DNA of 64,000 nucleotides from an uncultured Acidobacteriota bacterium (GTDB lineage Bacteria; Acidobacteriota; Polarisedimenticolia; J045): NCBI GenBank assembly GCA_963702425.1, contig CAVPCQ010000032.1, positions 32,001 to 96,000 of the forward strand, read 5' to 3'. Shown piece by piece: positions 11,169 to 20,871 of this stretch (position 1 is its first letter; each line of letters starts with the position of its first letter). The notes under the pieces were generated by a model. It saw only the letters and a program-made list of their open reading frames with translations, ran no database searches and was not told where the DNA came from. The position numbers and the translations under genes were made by a program.

Positions 11169-14100
11169 CTGCCGCAGCCGGCGACATTCCGCGTGTTCAT
11201 TTCGGCCGTCAGCGGCGAGTTGGGGAGTTGGCGTCGCGAGGTCGCTCGCGCCCTTCGCCGGAAGGGGCTGGAGGTCCGGGACCAGGAGCACTTCCGCCAG
11301 GGAGGGGGGACGCTTCTCGAGAGTCTGAGGGACTACATCCAGAAGTGCGATGCCGTGATCCTGCTCGTCGGCGAGCGCTGCGGGGCCTTCCCGACCGAGG
11401 AGCACGCTCGCGCGCTCGGGGTGGTTCCGGCCTTCGAGGACTATCGGAGTGCCAAGGGGCAGTCGGATGCGTCCTACACCCAGTGGGAACTCCTCCTCGC
11501 GCGGCACTACGGCAGGAAGACCTACGCCTTCGTGACCGAGGCCGGTTTCACGCCCGACAAGCCGAACGACGAGCCCGCTGAGCTTCGAGCGCGCCAGCAG
11601 ACCTACCGGGAGTGGATCGATCAGACGGGCCTGCATCGCGGACCCCTCACCACGGTCGAGAAGCTGATCGAGGACGTGCTCGTCCTGGACTTTCCCGACC
11701 TGGGTCGGCCAGCGCCCGTCTCCCTCCCCTACCCGAGCCTGGGCACCCTCTTCAAGGGGCGGAGGGGCTTTCTCGAGCAGCTACGGACGAGCCTGGAACG
11801 GCTGGGCGAGGGCCAGGCGACGGCGATCGTGGGCCGGGCGCTCCACGGGCTGGGCGGGGTCGGCAAGACCCGTCTGGCCGTCGAGTACGCCTGGCAGCAC
11901 CGGGAGGACTACACCGCCCTTCTCTTCGTTGCGGCCCAGACGCCCGAGGACCTTCGGCGCAACGTGGCAGCGCTGTGCGGCCCGCTGATCCTGGACCTGC
12001 CGGAGAAGGACGCCGCAGAGGAGGAGACGCGCGTGGCCGCGGCGTTGCGGTGGCTCGCCGAGCATCCGCGCTGGTTCCTCATCCTGGACAACCTCGACAC
12101 GAAGGCGGCGGCGGAGGGTGCCGAGGAGCTCATGGCGCAGCTCCAGGGCGGGCACGTCGTCCTGACGAGCCGGCTGAGCGAGTGGAGCGGAAGCGTCGAA
12201 CCCCTGGAGCTGGACGTGCTGGCGAAGGAGGATGCGGCGGCCTTCCTGCTGGAGCGGACGGAGCGTGCCCGGCGGCGGCGACGCACGGACGCGGCCGACG
12301 CCAGAGAGCTCGCCGCGGAACTCGACGGCCTCGCCCTGGCCTTGGAGCAGGCAGGGGCCTACATCGTCCAGCGCAAGCTCAGCCTGGCGGACTACCGGTC
12401 GAAGTGGCACGACCAGGAGTCCGGGGTGAAGGAGTGGCACGACGATCGGGTGATGAAGTACCCGCGCAGCGTGGCGGTGACGTGGCAGACGACGATCGAG
12501 CAACTGGGCCCTGGAGAAGTGGCGCTCCTCGGGCTGCTCGCGTGGATGGCGCCGGAGCCGCTGCCTCTCTTCGTCCTGGAGGCAGCGGGAGCGGAGACGC
12601 TGTGGCAGGAAGCCGTGGGGCTCCTGGGTGCCGGGAATCTGCCGTCCGGTCCGCTCCTCGACGAGCTGGCGACGCTCTCGAACTACTCCATGGTCCGCTG
12701 GGACGCCGAAGGCGAGAGCGTGTCCGTGCACCGGGTCGTCCAGGAGATCCTGCGCACGCGGGTCCCGGAGGCCCAGCGGAGGGCCTGGTTGACCCTCAGC
12801 TTGCGCTTGCTAGCCGGCGCGCGTCCAGGCGACCCGACGGATGTGCGGACCTGGCCACGCTGGGACCTGCTGCGGTCGCACGTGGCTCTGACCGTTGCGC
12901 GGGCCGAGGAGGCGGGCAATCCCGATCCGACGGCGTTGCTGCTCGGCGAGCTCGGGCTGCTCCTGTCCGAGAAAGCTCTCCACGCGCAGGCGGAGCCGCT
13001 GCTGCGGCGGGCGCTGTCGATCGACGAGGCGAGCTACGGCCCCGAGCATCCCAACGTCGCGAGGCACCTCAACAACCTGGCCTGCTGCTTCAGGCGACGA
13101 ACCGTCTGGGGGAGGCAGAGCCGCTGATGCGGCGGGCACTGTCGATCGACGAGGCGAGCTACGGCCCCGAGCACCCCAACGTCGCGATCCGCCTCAACAA
13201 CCTGGCCTCGCTGCTTCAGGAGACGAATCGACCGGGGGAGGCGGAGCCGCTGATGCGGCGGGCGCTGTCGATCGACGAAGCGAGCTACGGCCCCGAGCAT
13301 CCCAATGTCGCGATCCGCCTCAACAACCTGGCCTCGCTGCTTCAGGCGACGAACCGTCTGGGGGAGGCGGAGCCGCTGATGCGGCGGGCGCTGTCGATCG
13401 ACGAGGCGAGCTACGGCCCCGAGCATCCCAACGTCGCGATCCGCCTCAACAACCTGGCCTCGCTGCTTCAGGCGACGAACCGTCTGGGGGAGGCGGAGCC
13501 GCTGATGCGGCGGGCGCTGTCGATCGACGAGGCGAGCTACGGTCCCGAGCATCCCAACGTCGCGATCCGCCTCAACAACCTGGCCTCGCTGCTTCAGGAG
13601 ACGAACCGCCTGGGGGAGGCGGAGCCGCTGATACGGCGGGCGCTGTCGATCGACGAGGCGAGCTACGGCCCCGAGCATCCCACCGTCGCGAGGGACCTCA
13701 ACAACCTGGCCTCGCTGCTTCAGGATACGAACCGTCTGGGGGAGGCGGAGCCGCTGCTGCGGCGGGCGCTGTCGATCAACGAGGCGAGCTACGGCCCCGA
13801 GCATCCCAACGTCGCGATCTGCCTCAACAACCTGGCCTCGCTGCTTCAGGCGACGAACCGTCTGGGGGAGGCGGAGCCGCTGATGCGGCGGGCACTGTCG
13901 ATCGACGAGGCGAGCTACGGTCCCGAGCATCCCAACGTCGCGATCCACCTGAACAACCTTGGCTTCCTGCTTCTGGATTCGAACCGTCTGAGGGAAGCGG
14001 AGCCGCTGATGCGGCGGGGCATCGAGATCCTGGCGCATTTCACACGGCGGACGGGACACCCGCATCCTCATCTCGAGGCCGCGCTTTCGAACTACGTCGG

Positions 14101-14176
14101 TCTCCTCAAGGGGCTGGGCCACGGTGAGGCGGAAATCCAGAAGAAGCTGAACGCCGTCATGAGTTTCGGCGCGTGA
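11169..14176 (+). CDS. NLR-like protein: DUF4062 (TIR-like) + STAND/NB-ARC + TPR array; 1-bp frameshift near 13083
   Basis: RVFISAVS..SYTQWE (DUF4062); Walker A GLGGVGKT; LILDN; LTSR; GLALALEQA; 42-aa TPR repeats. Start uncertain (CTG 11169 after GGAGG, or GTG 11193). Confidence 0.85.
12990..14017 (+). repeat. Eight near-identical 126-bp tandem units encoding 42-aa TPR repeats
   Basis: GCGGAGCCGCTG unit starts run from 12990 to 13997, 1007 nt = 8x126 minus the 1-bp deletion. Confidence 0.95.
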
Positions 14177-14214
14177 CGCGCGGGCGACCGCCGGCCGGGC
14201 TTTCTTCCCCTCCG

Positions 14215-15711
14215 CTACTTGTACGTCACCCAGGAGATCCCGAGGTTGGTGCCGTAGGTGTTGACCTTCATCTTCGCGTAGCGGCCGGCGCTGGTCTTGA
14301 TCGCGATCACCGTGCCGGGCTTGAGCTTGTTGGCCGGCTTGTTGCTGCCATCGATCGGGTTCGCCGTGTAGGGCTGGGCCGCCAGGGTCTGGAGCGAGAT
14401 GGCCTCGAAGTCGGGCTTGCCCATATGGGCCAGCATGGCTCCGCTCTGGGGCATGAGGTACCGGGTCACGGAGTTGACCTGCTGCCACCAGATGTCCGCC
14501 CCGCCGTCAGGGCCCGCGACCCCGGCATCGAAGTCGAACGTCCAGGTCCCCTTCAGCGTGGTGGTTCCCCTCGACTGCACCGCGAGCTCGTTCCAGCCCA
14601 GGTGGCCTCGGGTGAAATCGCAGACCGCCGGCGTGTTCTGGCACATCAGGCACGGTACGAAGTGCTCGGCGCAGGACTCGCAGTTGCCGTTCGCGATCCG
14701 GTAGCGCCCGAAGCGCGACGTGCAGTCGCACTCGCTCGAGGCGTACTCGTCGGGGCAGCCGAAGACATGTCCGGTCTCGTGGGCGAGGACGAGATTGAAG
14801 TTGTCGATTCCCCAGCCGTCCACCTTGAAGTCCATCACCAGGTGGTTGCCCCACTCGTACCCGAACCACACGACGGGGTGTTTGGTGACGAAGATGGCGT
14901 ACGCGTGCTGAGCGTCGTACTTGGCCTTGATGTCCGCGATGAACTTCCTCATGCCGGTCATGCTTTGCGCATACCCCAGCGCGCCCATGGCCGCGTCGCG
15001 CCAGGTGTCCTCCCAGGCTTCCTTCTCGGCGGCCGGGAAGTCCGACTTCTTCAGCGAGATCTTGGGACACCGGACGTCGTAGAACCACTGGATCCCCGCG
15101 CGCGGCTCGAAGCCGCCCAGCATGTTCAGCCCCTCCGCGGTCTCCGAGATCACCTTGAGCTTCTCGGCGGCGGTGATCGCGTACGAGGAGACCGTGGAGT
15201 CCACGAAGACGAGGCCCACGCCGATCCGACCGACGAGCACCGGGATGCTCATGGCCGGAGCGCCTTCGAGCAGGGCTCCCGCTTCCGGAGCGTGCCGCGC
15301 CTCCCAGCCTCGAATGAGGCTCTGGATCTCAGCGGGCGGATGAGGGGGCTGCCGGCCCTCGGCGTCCCAGTTCACACCGGCGGCCTCGCGCGTCAGGAAG
15401 GACTCGAGCCTCGCGGCGCTCACATGGTCGTTCCACGCCCGGGCCGCGTACGCCACGAGAGGCGAGGCCCGCCTGAGCACCGACGCCTTCACCGCGCCGG
15501 TGCTTGCGGACGCAATCCCGGGGAGCTTCGCGATGCTCGCCACCCGCGCTGCCGGCAGCGAGACCACAATCACCTCGGGCGGACAGGCATGGAGAACCCG
15601 ACCGCCCGCCTTCTCGATCGCCCGGATCGTCCGCTCCGTCCCCTTCAGGTCCTTCGCCTCGAGCTGAAGGAAGACCTCTTGCATCCCACCGACCTGCTTT
15701 CTCTGCGGCAT
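14215..15711 (-). CDS. Zinc metalloprotease (HExGH) with pro-domain, Cys-rich region and C-terminal beta domain
   Basis: AGGAGG RBS before MPQRKQ; LAHETGHVFGCPDEY; CLM Met-turn-like. Confidence 0.8.
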   Translation of the reverse strand: MPQRKQVGGMQEVFLQLEAKDLKGTERTIRAIEKAGGRVLHACPPEVIVVSLPAARVASIAKLPGIASASTGAVKASVLRRASPLVAYAARAWNDHVSAARLESFLTREAAGVNWDAEGRQPPHPPAEIQSLIRGWEARHAPEAGALLEGAPAMSIPVLVGRIGVGLVFVDSTVSSYAITAAEKLKVISETAEGLNMLGGFEPRAGIQWFYDVRCPKISLKKSDFPAAEKEAWEDTWRDAAMGALGYAQSMTGMRKFIADIKAKYDAQHAYAIFVTKHPVVWFGYEWGNHLVMDFKVDGWGIDNFNLVLAHETGHVFGCPDEYASSECDCTSRFGRYRIANGNCESCAEHFVPCLMCQNTPAVCDFTRGHLGWNELAVQSRGTTTLKGTWTFDFDAGVAGPDGGADIWWQQVNSVTRYLMPQSGAMLAHMGKPDFEAISLQTLAAQPYTANPIDGSNKPANKLKPGTVIAIKTSAGRYAKMKVNTYGTNLGISWVTYK

Positions 15712-15761
15712 GTCCGGCCTCCTTCTGCGCACGCTGACTCGCGCGTCCGCCACTCCCCTCT

Positions 15762-16220
15762 CTATGCCCCGTCCAGTTTGTCGCTCTTGCCCGATCTGGG
15801 CTTGCGGGACGGGTCACTTGCAGCCTCGGCCTCCCGCCGGCGCAGATACTCGCGAACGGATGCCGGCGGGTCGGGCGGGAGAAACCCGGGCGCATCCCAG
15901 CTCTCACCGCGTCCCTTCACGCGCCCTCCCTCGGCCTTCGATCGGAGGCGCTCGTTCCACGCTGCGGCGGCGAGGCGGAGTGGCTCGGGCAGAGCGGCGA
16001 GTTCGGAATCGGGAAGCTGGTCCGCAATCACCCGCACTCCAGGGAGACAGCGGATGGAGTCGAAGTCGGCACGGCGAAGCGCGGCGATGACGCACCAGGG
16101 AGGAAACGAGTGGGCTGGCGCGATGCCATGCTCCTTCAGGGACCGCGCGAGCGCGGCCCAGCCCGCATCGCTTGCCGCCACGATCAGGGCATCGAGGCGA
16201 TCCCCTTCTCCCTCCGGCAA
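15762..16220 (-). CDS. Stand-alone paralogue of the adjacent metalloprotease pro-domain
   Basis: AAAAWN..SWDAPGFLPPDPP aligns with AARAWN..NWDAEGRQPPHPP; start uncertain. Confidence 0.55.
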   Translation of the reverse strand: MPEGEGDRLDALIVAASDAGWAALARSLKEHGIAPAHSFPPWCVIAALRRADFDSIRCLPGVRVIADQLPDSELAALPEPLRLAAAAWNERLRSKAEGGRVKGRGESWDAPGFLPPDPPASVREYLRRREAEAASDPSRKPRSGKSDKLDGA

Positions 16221-16535
16221 TTCCGATTCTCCAAGGCCAAAGCGGTGGCCGCGCGGTGGGCGCCCGCCGACAGCTCAGCGCGCGAAGAGCGCGAACAGCG
16301 CGAAGTGCCCACGTCGACAGGCGCCAACGTCCAGCTCCGCCTCCGGCGCGGCTTCGATCGAGCGAATCGTAGCTCCCGGGCGGAGAGGCGGTCAATGACT
16401 TTCGCTGAGTCCAGTCGCAGACGCTGAGCGAGCGACTTCCGATCAGCGGATTACTTACGAGTTGCTCCGCGAAGCCCGTCTCGTCTCGGGGGCAAGTCCC
16501 TCGCCTTCACGCCCCGGTGCTTGTAGGATACGCGG

Positions 16536-17159
16536 ATGCCATCCCCTGCCTTTCTGGCCTCGCTCCCCTTCATCCTCCGCTGGGAGGGCGGCTACGTGGA
16601 CCACCCCGCCGACCCCGGCGGACGCACGAACAAGGGGGTCACGCAGGGCGTGTACGACCGCTGGCGTGTGGCGCAGGGCCTGTCCGCGCGTCACGTCAGG
16701 TTGATCGACGACGCCGAGGTCGCGGCGATCTACGAGAGCGGGTATTGGATCCCGCCGCGGTGCGACCGCCTGCGCCGCCGGCTCGACCTCCTGCACTTCG
16801 ACACCGCGGTGAACATGGGGCCCGGCCGCGCCGTCCGCTTCCTACAGGGGGCGCTCAACTGCTCCGTCGACGGCGCGTTCGGCTCCGGTACGGAACGAGC
16901 GGCCGCCGAATGCGAGCTCCTGCCGACCATCGAGGCGTATTGCGAGGCGCGGCTGAACTACTATCGCCGCCTGACCGACCAGCGGCCCGAGCTTCGCGTC
17001 TTCCTGAAAGGCTGGACCAACCGGGTCAATGCGCTCAAGTCCGAGATCGGCCTCGGGGGGCCCGAGGCGACGCTCGAGGTCAACTTCGGCGAATCCGGTT
17101 ACATCGCCCGGATCCCCGACCTGGGGATCGATCCGGCCTACGACCTCGACGAGCCCTGA
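16536..17159 (+). CDS. Glycoside hydrolase family 108 lysozyme with peptidoglycan-binding domain and acidic C-terminal tail
   Basis: EGGYVDHPADPGGRTNKG, FDTAVNMG, DGAFG, FLKGWTNRV; TAGGAT 6 nt before the ATG suggests a leaderless transcript. Confidence 0.9.
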   Translation: MPSPAFLASLPFILRWEGGYVDHPADPGGRTNKGVTQGVYDRWRVAQGLSARHVRLIDDAEVAAIYESGYWIPPRCDRLRRRLDLLHFDTAVNMGPGRAVRFLQGALNCSVDGAFGSGTERAAAECELLPTIEAYCEARLNYYRRLTDQRPELRVFLKGWTNRVNALKSEIGLGGPEATLEVNFGESGYIARIPDLGIDPAYDLDEP

Positions 17160-17195
17160 CCAGGGCTCCTCGGCTCCCGGCTGATGCGCCTCGCG

Positions 17196-17765
17196 TCAGT
17201 CGAGAATCTCGTACGTGCAGGCGAAGGCCGCGGCGGCAACGCGGTAGGTGTCCGCCGGATCCTTCGGGTCCTGGACGATCGCATCGCCCGGCTTCGCGAT
17301 CATGCGCTCGCCCCACGGGGCGGTGAACGCAAACTCGCCTTGCTCCGGCTTCAGGACGAAGAACCGCATGATCTTGCCGAGCGGCTTGTACTCCTGCCAT
17401 CCGGCCGCTTGCCCGGGCTTGCCGGTGCTCTCGTAGCGCTCCTTGAACTTGTCCGCGGCGACGAGGTACTCCTCGTTCCCCGTGGCCTCGCACCGGTTTC
17501 GGACGACCCAGTCGCCACTCGCTGCGGGGCGACTCGTGGTCTCCTTGCCCTCCCCGGCAAGCACCGTCACGATCACCTCGCCGGGCTTCGCCGGCCGCAC
17601 ATCGACGGGCTTCGTCTTCCGGGCCTCGTGCACGAGGCCGCGCGCTTCGGCTTCCTTCATCAGGCCGCGCACCTGGTCGAGGGTCCAATCTCCGCCAAAG
17701 GATGGGGTCGGTTGGCTCATCAGGAGGACTCCTAGTCCGAGGAGCAGCACTGCAGTCTTCAGCAT
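17196..17765 (-). CDS. Exported PGDYG-like domain protein
   Basis: Signal-peptide-like N-terminus; two internal repeats GDWVV..EEYLV..F..RY and PGDAIV..YRV..F..TY. Confidence 0.65.
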   Translation of the reverse strand: MLKTAVLLLGLGVLLMSQPTPSFGGDWTLDQVRGLMKEAEARGLVHEARKTKPVDVRPAKPGEVIVTVLAGEGKETTSRPAASGDWVVRNRCEATGNEEYLVAADKFKERYESTGKPGQAAGWQEYKPLGKIMRFFVLKPEQGEFAFTAPWGERMIAKPGDAIVQDPKDPADTYRVAAAAFACTYEILD

Positions 17766-17823
17766 GGATCCCTCAACTCAATTCGAACCCGCCGTGGACG
17801 CTCCACGAATGCTCGCACGAGCG

Positions 17824-18549
17824 CTAGGGCAACCGGTTCCCCGCGTCGGCCAGGATTGCGGCGATCAAGAAACCCTGGTTACGGTAGTACCGCTCAGGGT
17901 GCTTCGGGTCGGGGACCCGCTGGTTGTGCAGGGCCACCACGTTGAACCGATCGTCGAGGACCGGCGAGCCCGAGGTCCCGTAGTCGGTGTCCGTCTGGTA
18001 CTGGACGAAGTTGTCCTTGACCGCGCGCACCTTGTTGTCGCGGAACGCGATCTCCTGGTGGCGCCCCTGCGGGTACTGGATGATGTTCACCCGTTCGTTG
18101 AAGCGGATCCTCTCGCCGTGGCGCGGGTTGAAGAAGCCCCACACCTCAGCCGCCTTCTTCCCGCCCTTGGGTTTGACCTTCACGATCGAATAGTCGAGGG
18201 CGGGGTTCGTGTAGAAAAGCGCGTCCGGATCGCAGGTCCATTCGTCGACCGGGGCGTCCGTGCCGTCGGCGAGCTTGCGGTAGTTGAACTGGAGCTTCGC
18301 GGTCCGAGCGTCGGCGGCGTTCTCGAATACATGATTGTTAGTCATGAAGGTGTCGGGGCCGACGAGAAAGCCGGTCGCGGAACCGCCTTGCAGGACCACT
18401 CGGGCGACCGAGCGTGCCGCCCGGACGGCGCCCTCGAGCCACCACACGGCCGTGAAGTTGGGCTCTCCGATGACTGCTTCGAGGCCTCCGGGCTCTTCCT
18501 TCCATTCGAATCCCGGCCCCAGGCCCGTCGTCAACCAGTTAGACTTCAT
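17824..18549 (-). CDS. Trypsin-like serine protease with very short pro-peptide, divergent from the gasdermin
   Basis: ATGF, MTNNHV, LDYSI, TDYGTSGSP, VALH; GGLEAVIG near the N-terminus. Confidence 0.9.
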   Translation of the reverse strand: MKSNWLTTGLGPGFEWKEEPGGLEAVIGEPNFTAVWWLEGAVRAARSVARVVLQGGSATGFLVGPDTFMTNNHVFENAADARTAKLQFNYRKLADGTDAPVDEWTCDPDALFYTNPALDYSIVKVKPKGGKKAAEVWGFFNPRHGERIRFNERVNIIQYPQGRHQEIAFRDNKVRAVKDNFVQYQTDTDYGTSGSPVLDDRFNVVALHNQRVPDPKHPERYYRNQGFLIAAILADAGNRLP

Positions 18550-18764
18550 GTCGCACCCCCTTTCGGTCGCGGCAACGCACAACGCGATTGCGGTGCCGGA
18601 CCGACGGTACATGCTCGCGATGGCGATCCGGCGGACCGCGGCGAGACCACTTTTGAGGCGGCGTGGCGGTGGTCAGTATATGCTGATGGCGCGCGCCGCG
18701 AGTGGCTCCTTGATCGATCCAAGCGGTGACGGGGGATTCCAGACGTAACAGGGGAGGACAAGAC

Positions 18765-19541
18765 ATGAGCTGCAATGATCCGTACCTCAAGGAACTTCGT
18801 AGCAAGGGCTACAACGTCGTTCGTTTGCCGAAGGCCGACATCCGGCCCCTGCAACTGCTCACCAAACGAGGCGATACGCTCGATCGAATCGGAGAGTTGG
18901 CGACGGTCCTTCCGGCCAGCAACGTGCCGATGCCTCCCGTCACGGCGGACACGCGCGTCGCGAGCCTCTCCGGTGTGCGCTCGGGCGAACTCAGCCTCGG
19001 ATTCGGGCTTTCGATTCTGGGGAGCATCATCGGGGCGATGGGCGGCTCCAAGCTGGGCCTCGATCTCACCTACAAGAGCGCCAAGAGCGTCACCTTCGAG
19101 TTCGTCGACGTTCTCGAGGATCGGATCGAGATCGCGAAGCTCGACCAGTATCTGACGAGCGCCGACGTCAGCCCCTTCTCTTCCTTCGTCGCGAAGCTGC
19201 TCGAAGCCGACCAGCTCTTCGTCACCACCGCCACCGTGAAGAGCAACAAGATCTCGGTGGAGTCCAACGGCGCGGGCAACGCCGGAGTGGACGTGAGCAT
19301 CCCCGAGATCAAGCAGGTCGTGGGGGCGAACGTCAAGGTCGGCGGCGGCTCCGACAGGTCGTCCAAGGTCACGTTCGAGGGCCCGATGCCCCTGGTCTTC
19401 GGCTTCCAGGCGGTGCGTCTCTTCTACGAGGGGGGGCGGTACCAGCGCTTCAAGGTCCTGAGCGGCGGCGCCGCGCTCGAGGCGGTCGCGGCGCCCGAAC
19501 TCCTGAGCGAGGGCGCCTTCGTGAGAATGCTCGACGTGTGA
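18765..19541 (+). CDS. bGSDM: Bacterial gasdermin (258 aa)
   Basis: GGGGAGG RBS; MSCNDPYLKELRSKGYNVVRLP with Cys3, LFVTTATVKS, LVFGFQAVRL, short C-terminal tail ending EGAFVRMLDV; closely resembles the Runella and Vitiosangium gasdermins as I recall them. Confidence 0.92.
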   Translation: MSCNDPYLKELRSKGYNVVRLPKADIRPLQLLTKRGDTLDRIGELATVLPASNVPMPPVTADTRVASLSGVRSGELSLGFGLSILGSIIGAMGGSKLGLDLTYKSAKSVTFEFVDVLEDRIEIAKLDQYLTSADVSPFSSFVAKLLEADQLFVTTATVKSNKISVESNGAGNAGVDVSIPEIKQVVGANVKVGGGSDRSSKVTFEGPMPLVFGFQAVRLFYEGGRYQRFKVLSGGAALEAVAAPELLSEGAFVRMLDV

Positions 19542-19559
19542 CGCGTCGGCGGCCAGGCG

Positions 19560-19581
19560 AAGCCGGCCGCTGGCTCGGCTT
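19560..19581. terminator. Possible hairpin terminator between the convergent gasdermin and patatin genes
   Basis: AAGCCG...CGGCTT inverted repeat followed by TTATT. Confidence 0.3.
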
Positions 19582-20780
19582 TATTCCGCCATCTCCAGGA
19601 ACCGCGTCGCGACCCGCGTCGCCTGATCCTGCACCATCGCGGCCTCCTCCGGGGAACGAACCGCCTCGAGGCCGCCACCCCGGCGCAGATGCGTGATCAT
19701 CGCCTGCCGGCCCGCCGCGACCAGTGCGGCGCGGCGCTCGTCGGTCATGGCGAACTCGGTCGTTCCGTAGCCGTGCGCCGGCATCCGAACGACGAGGTTA
19801 CGCAGCGACTCGATGATCTCCTTGTCGTGCGCGGCGGTGATCGTGTCGACCAACCGCTTGACGCGCGCGATCGTCTTCAGGCGGCCGAGTGCGGAGGGGG
19901 ACCCCTCCTCCGGATTCGGGGGCGCGTTCGGGACCTCGAGGGTCTCGTCGATCAGCAGCCCCATCACGTTCTGGCTCCGCTTCGTGCCCATGATGTCCGT
20001 CACGTACTGCTCGCTCGAGACGAAGAGCTCGAGCGGGAAGTTCGACAGCACACCCCCGTCGACGACCATGTGCCCCGCGATGTCGCGCCCGCGGTAGGCG
20101 CCCCAGTCGGGCGACCACTCGACTTCCTGCCAGACGAACGGGATGCTCATCGACATCCGGGCCGCCCAGACGACCGGGCAACCGGGCGCGGTCCGGTGGT
20201 TGAGGACGAGGATCCTCTGGGCCGAGGTGTCGGCGGCGACGAGCGACAGCTCGCGACCCGTGGCCGCGTGGAACTCCCCCAGGGTCATGCTCCCGAAGCG
20301 CCGGGGATTCCCCGCGACCGTCCCGCTGTCGAGCTTCTGGGAGAGCCACGACCGGAAGCGCTCGGCCGCGTACCAGCCCCCGCGTTCGACGAAGGAGAAG
20401 AGGTGCCGGTACTTCTCGCTCCGGGCCAGGAGCTGGACGAGCGCCCCGTCGAACCTGCGCTCGAGGAACTCGGGAACGAGCGGAAGGTCGATGGCGCGCA
20501 GGAAGTCCATGATGGCGCTGTCGGAGACTTCCTTCTCGGTGAAGGGCCCGGGCACCCCCATGAAGCCCACGAAGACGGGCTTGCCGTGCTCCGTTTCGTT
20601 CAGCGCGGCCATCATCTCGTCGGACGTGTATCCGGCCGCCAGCAGGGTCGCGGTGATCGCCCCGGCGGAGGTTCCGAGCAGGCGGTCGGCCCGGTGGCCC
20701 TTCGCCTCGAACTCCTGCATTGCGCCGACGAAGACGATGCCCTTGGCACCGCCGCCTTCGAAGACCAGATCGAACTCCAT
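19581..20780 (-). CDS. Patatin-like phospholipase
   Basis: EGGGAKG, GTSAG (Ser), SMSIPF, DGG (Asp); GGAGG RBS. Confidence 0.92.
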   Translation of the reverse strand: MEFDLVFEGGGAKGIVFVGAMQEFEAKGHRADRLLGTSAGAITATLLAAGYTSDEMMAALNETEHGKPVFVGFMGVPGPFTEKEVSDSAIMDFLRAIDLPLVPEFLERRFDGALVQLLARSEKYRHLFSFVERGGWYAAERFRSWLSQKLDSGTVAGNPRRFGSMTLGEFHAATGRELSLVAADTSAQRILVLNHRTAPGCPVVWAARMSMSIPFVWQEVEWSPDWGAYRGRDIAGHMVVDGGVLSNFPLELFVSSEQYVTDIMGTKRSQNVMGLLIDETLEVPNAPPNPEEGSPSALGRLKTIARVKRLVDTITAAHDKEIIESLRNLVVRMPAHGYGTTEFAMTDERRAALVAAGRQAMITHLRRGGGLEAVRSPEEAAMVQDQATRVATRFLEMAE

Positions 20781-20871
20781 GGGTCACCTCCGGAATGAGC
20801 GGTCGAGATGCGGGATCACTGGCAGTTCAGGCACTCGCGTCGAAGCGCGGGATGGGCTCCCGAGTCCGGTC

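Noticed and set aside
12990-14017. Tandem array as a CRISPR or non-coding repeat
   Set aside because: The unit is 126 bp, in frame, has no unique spacers and encodes TPR repeats.
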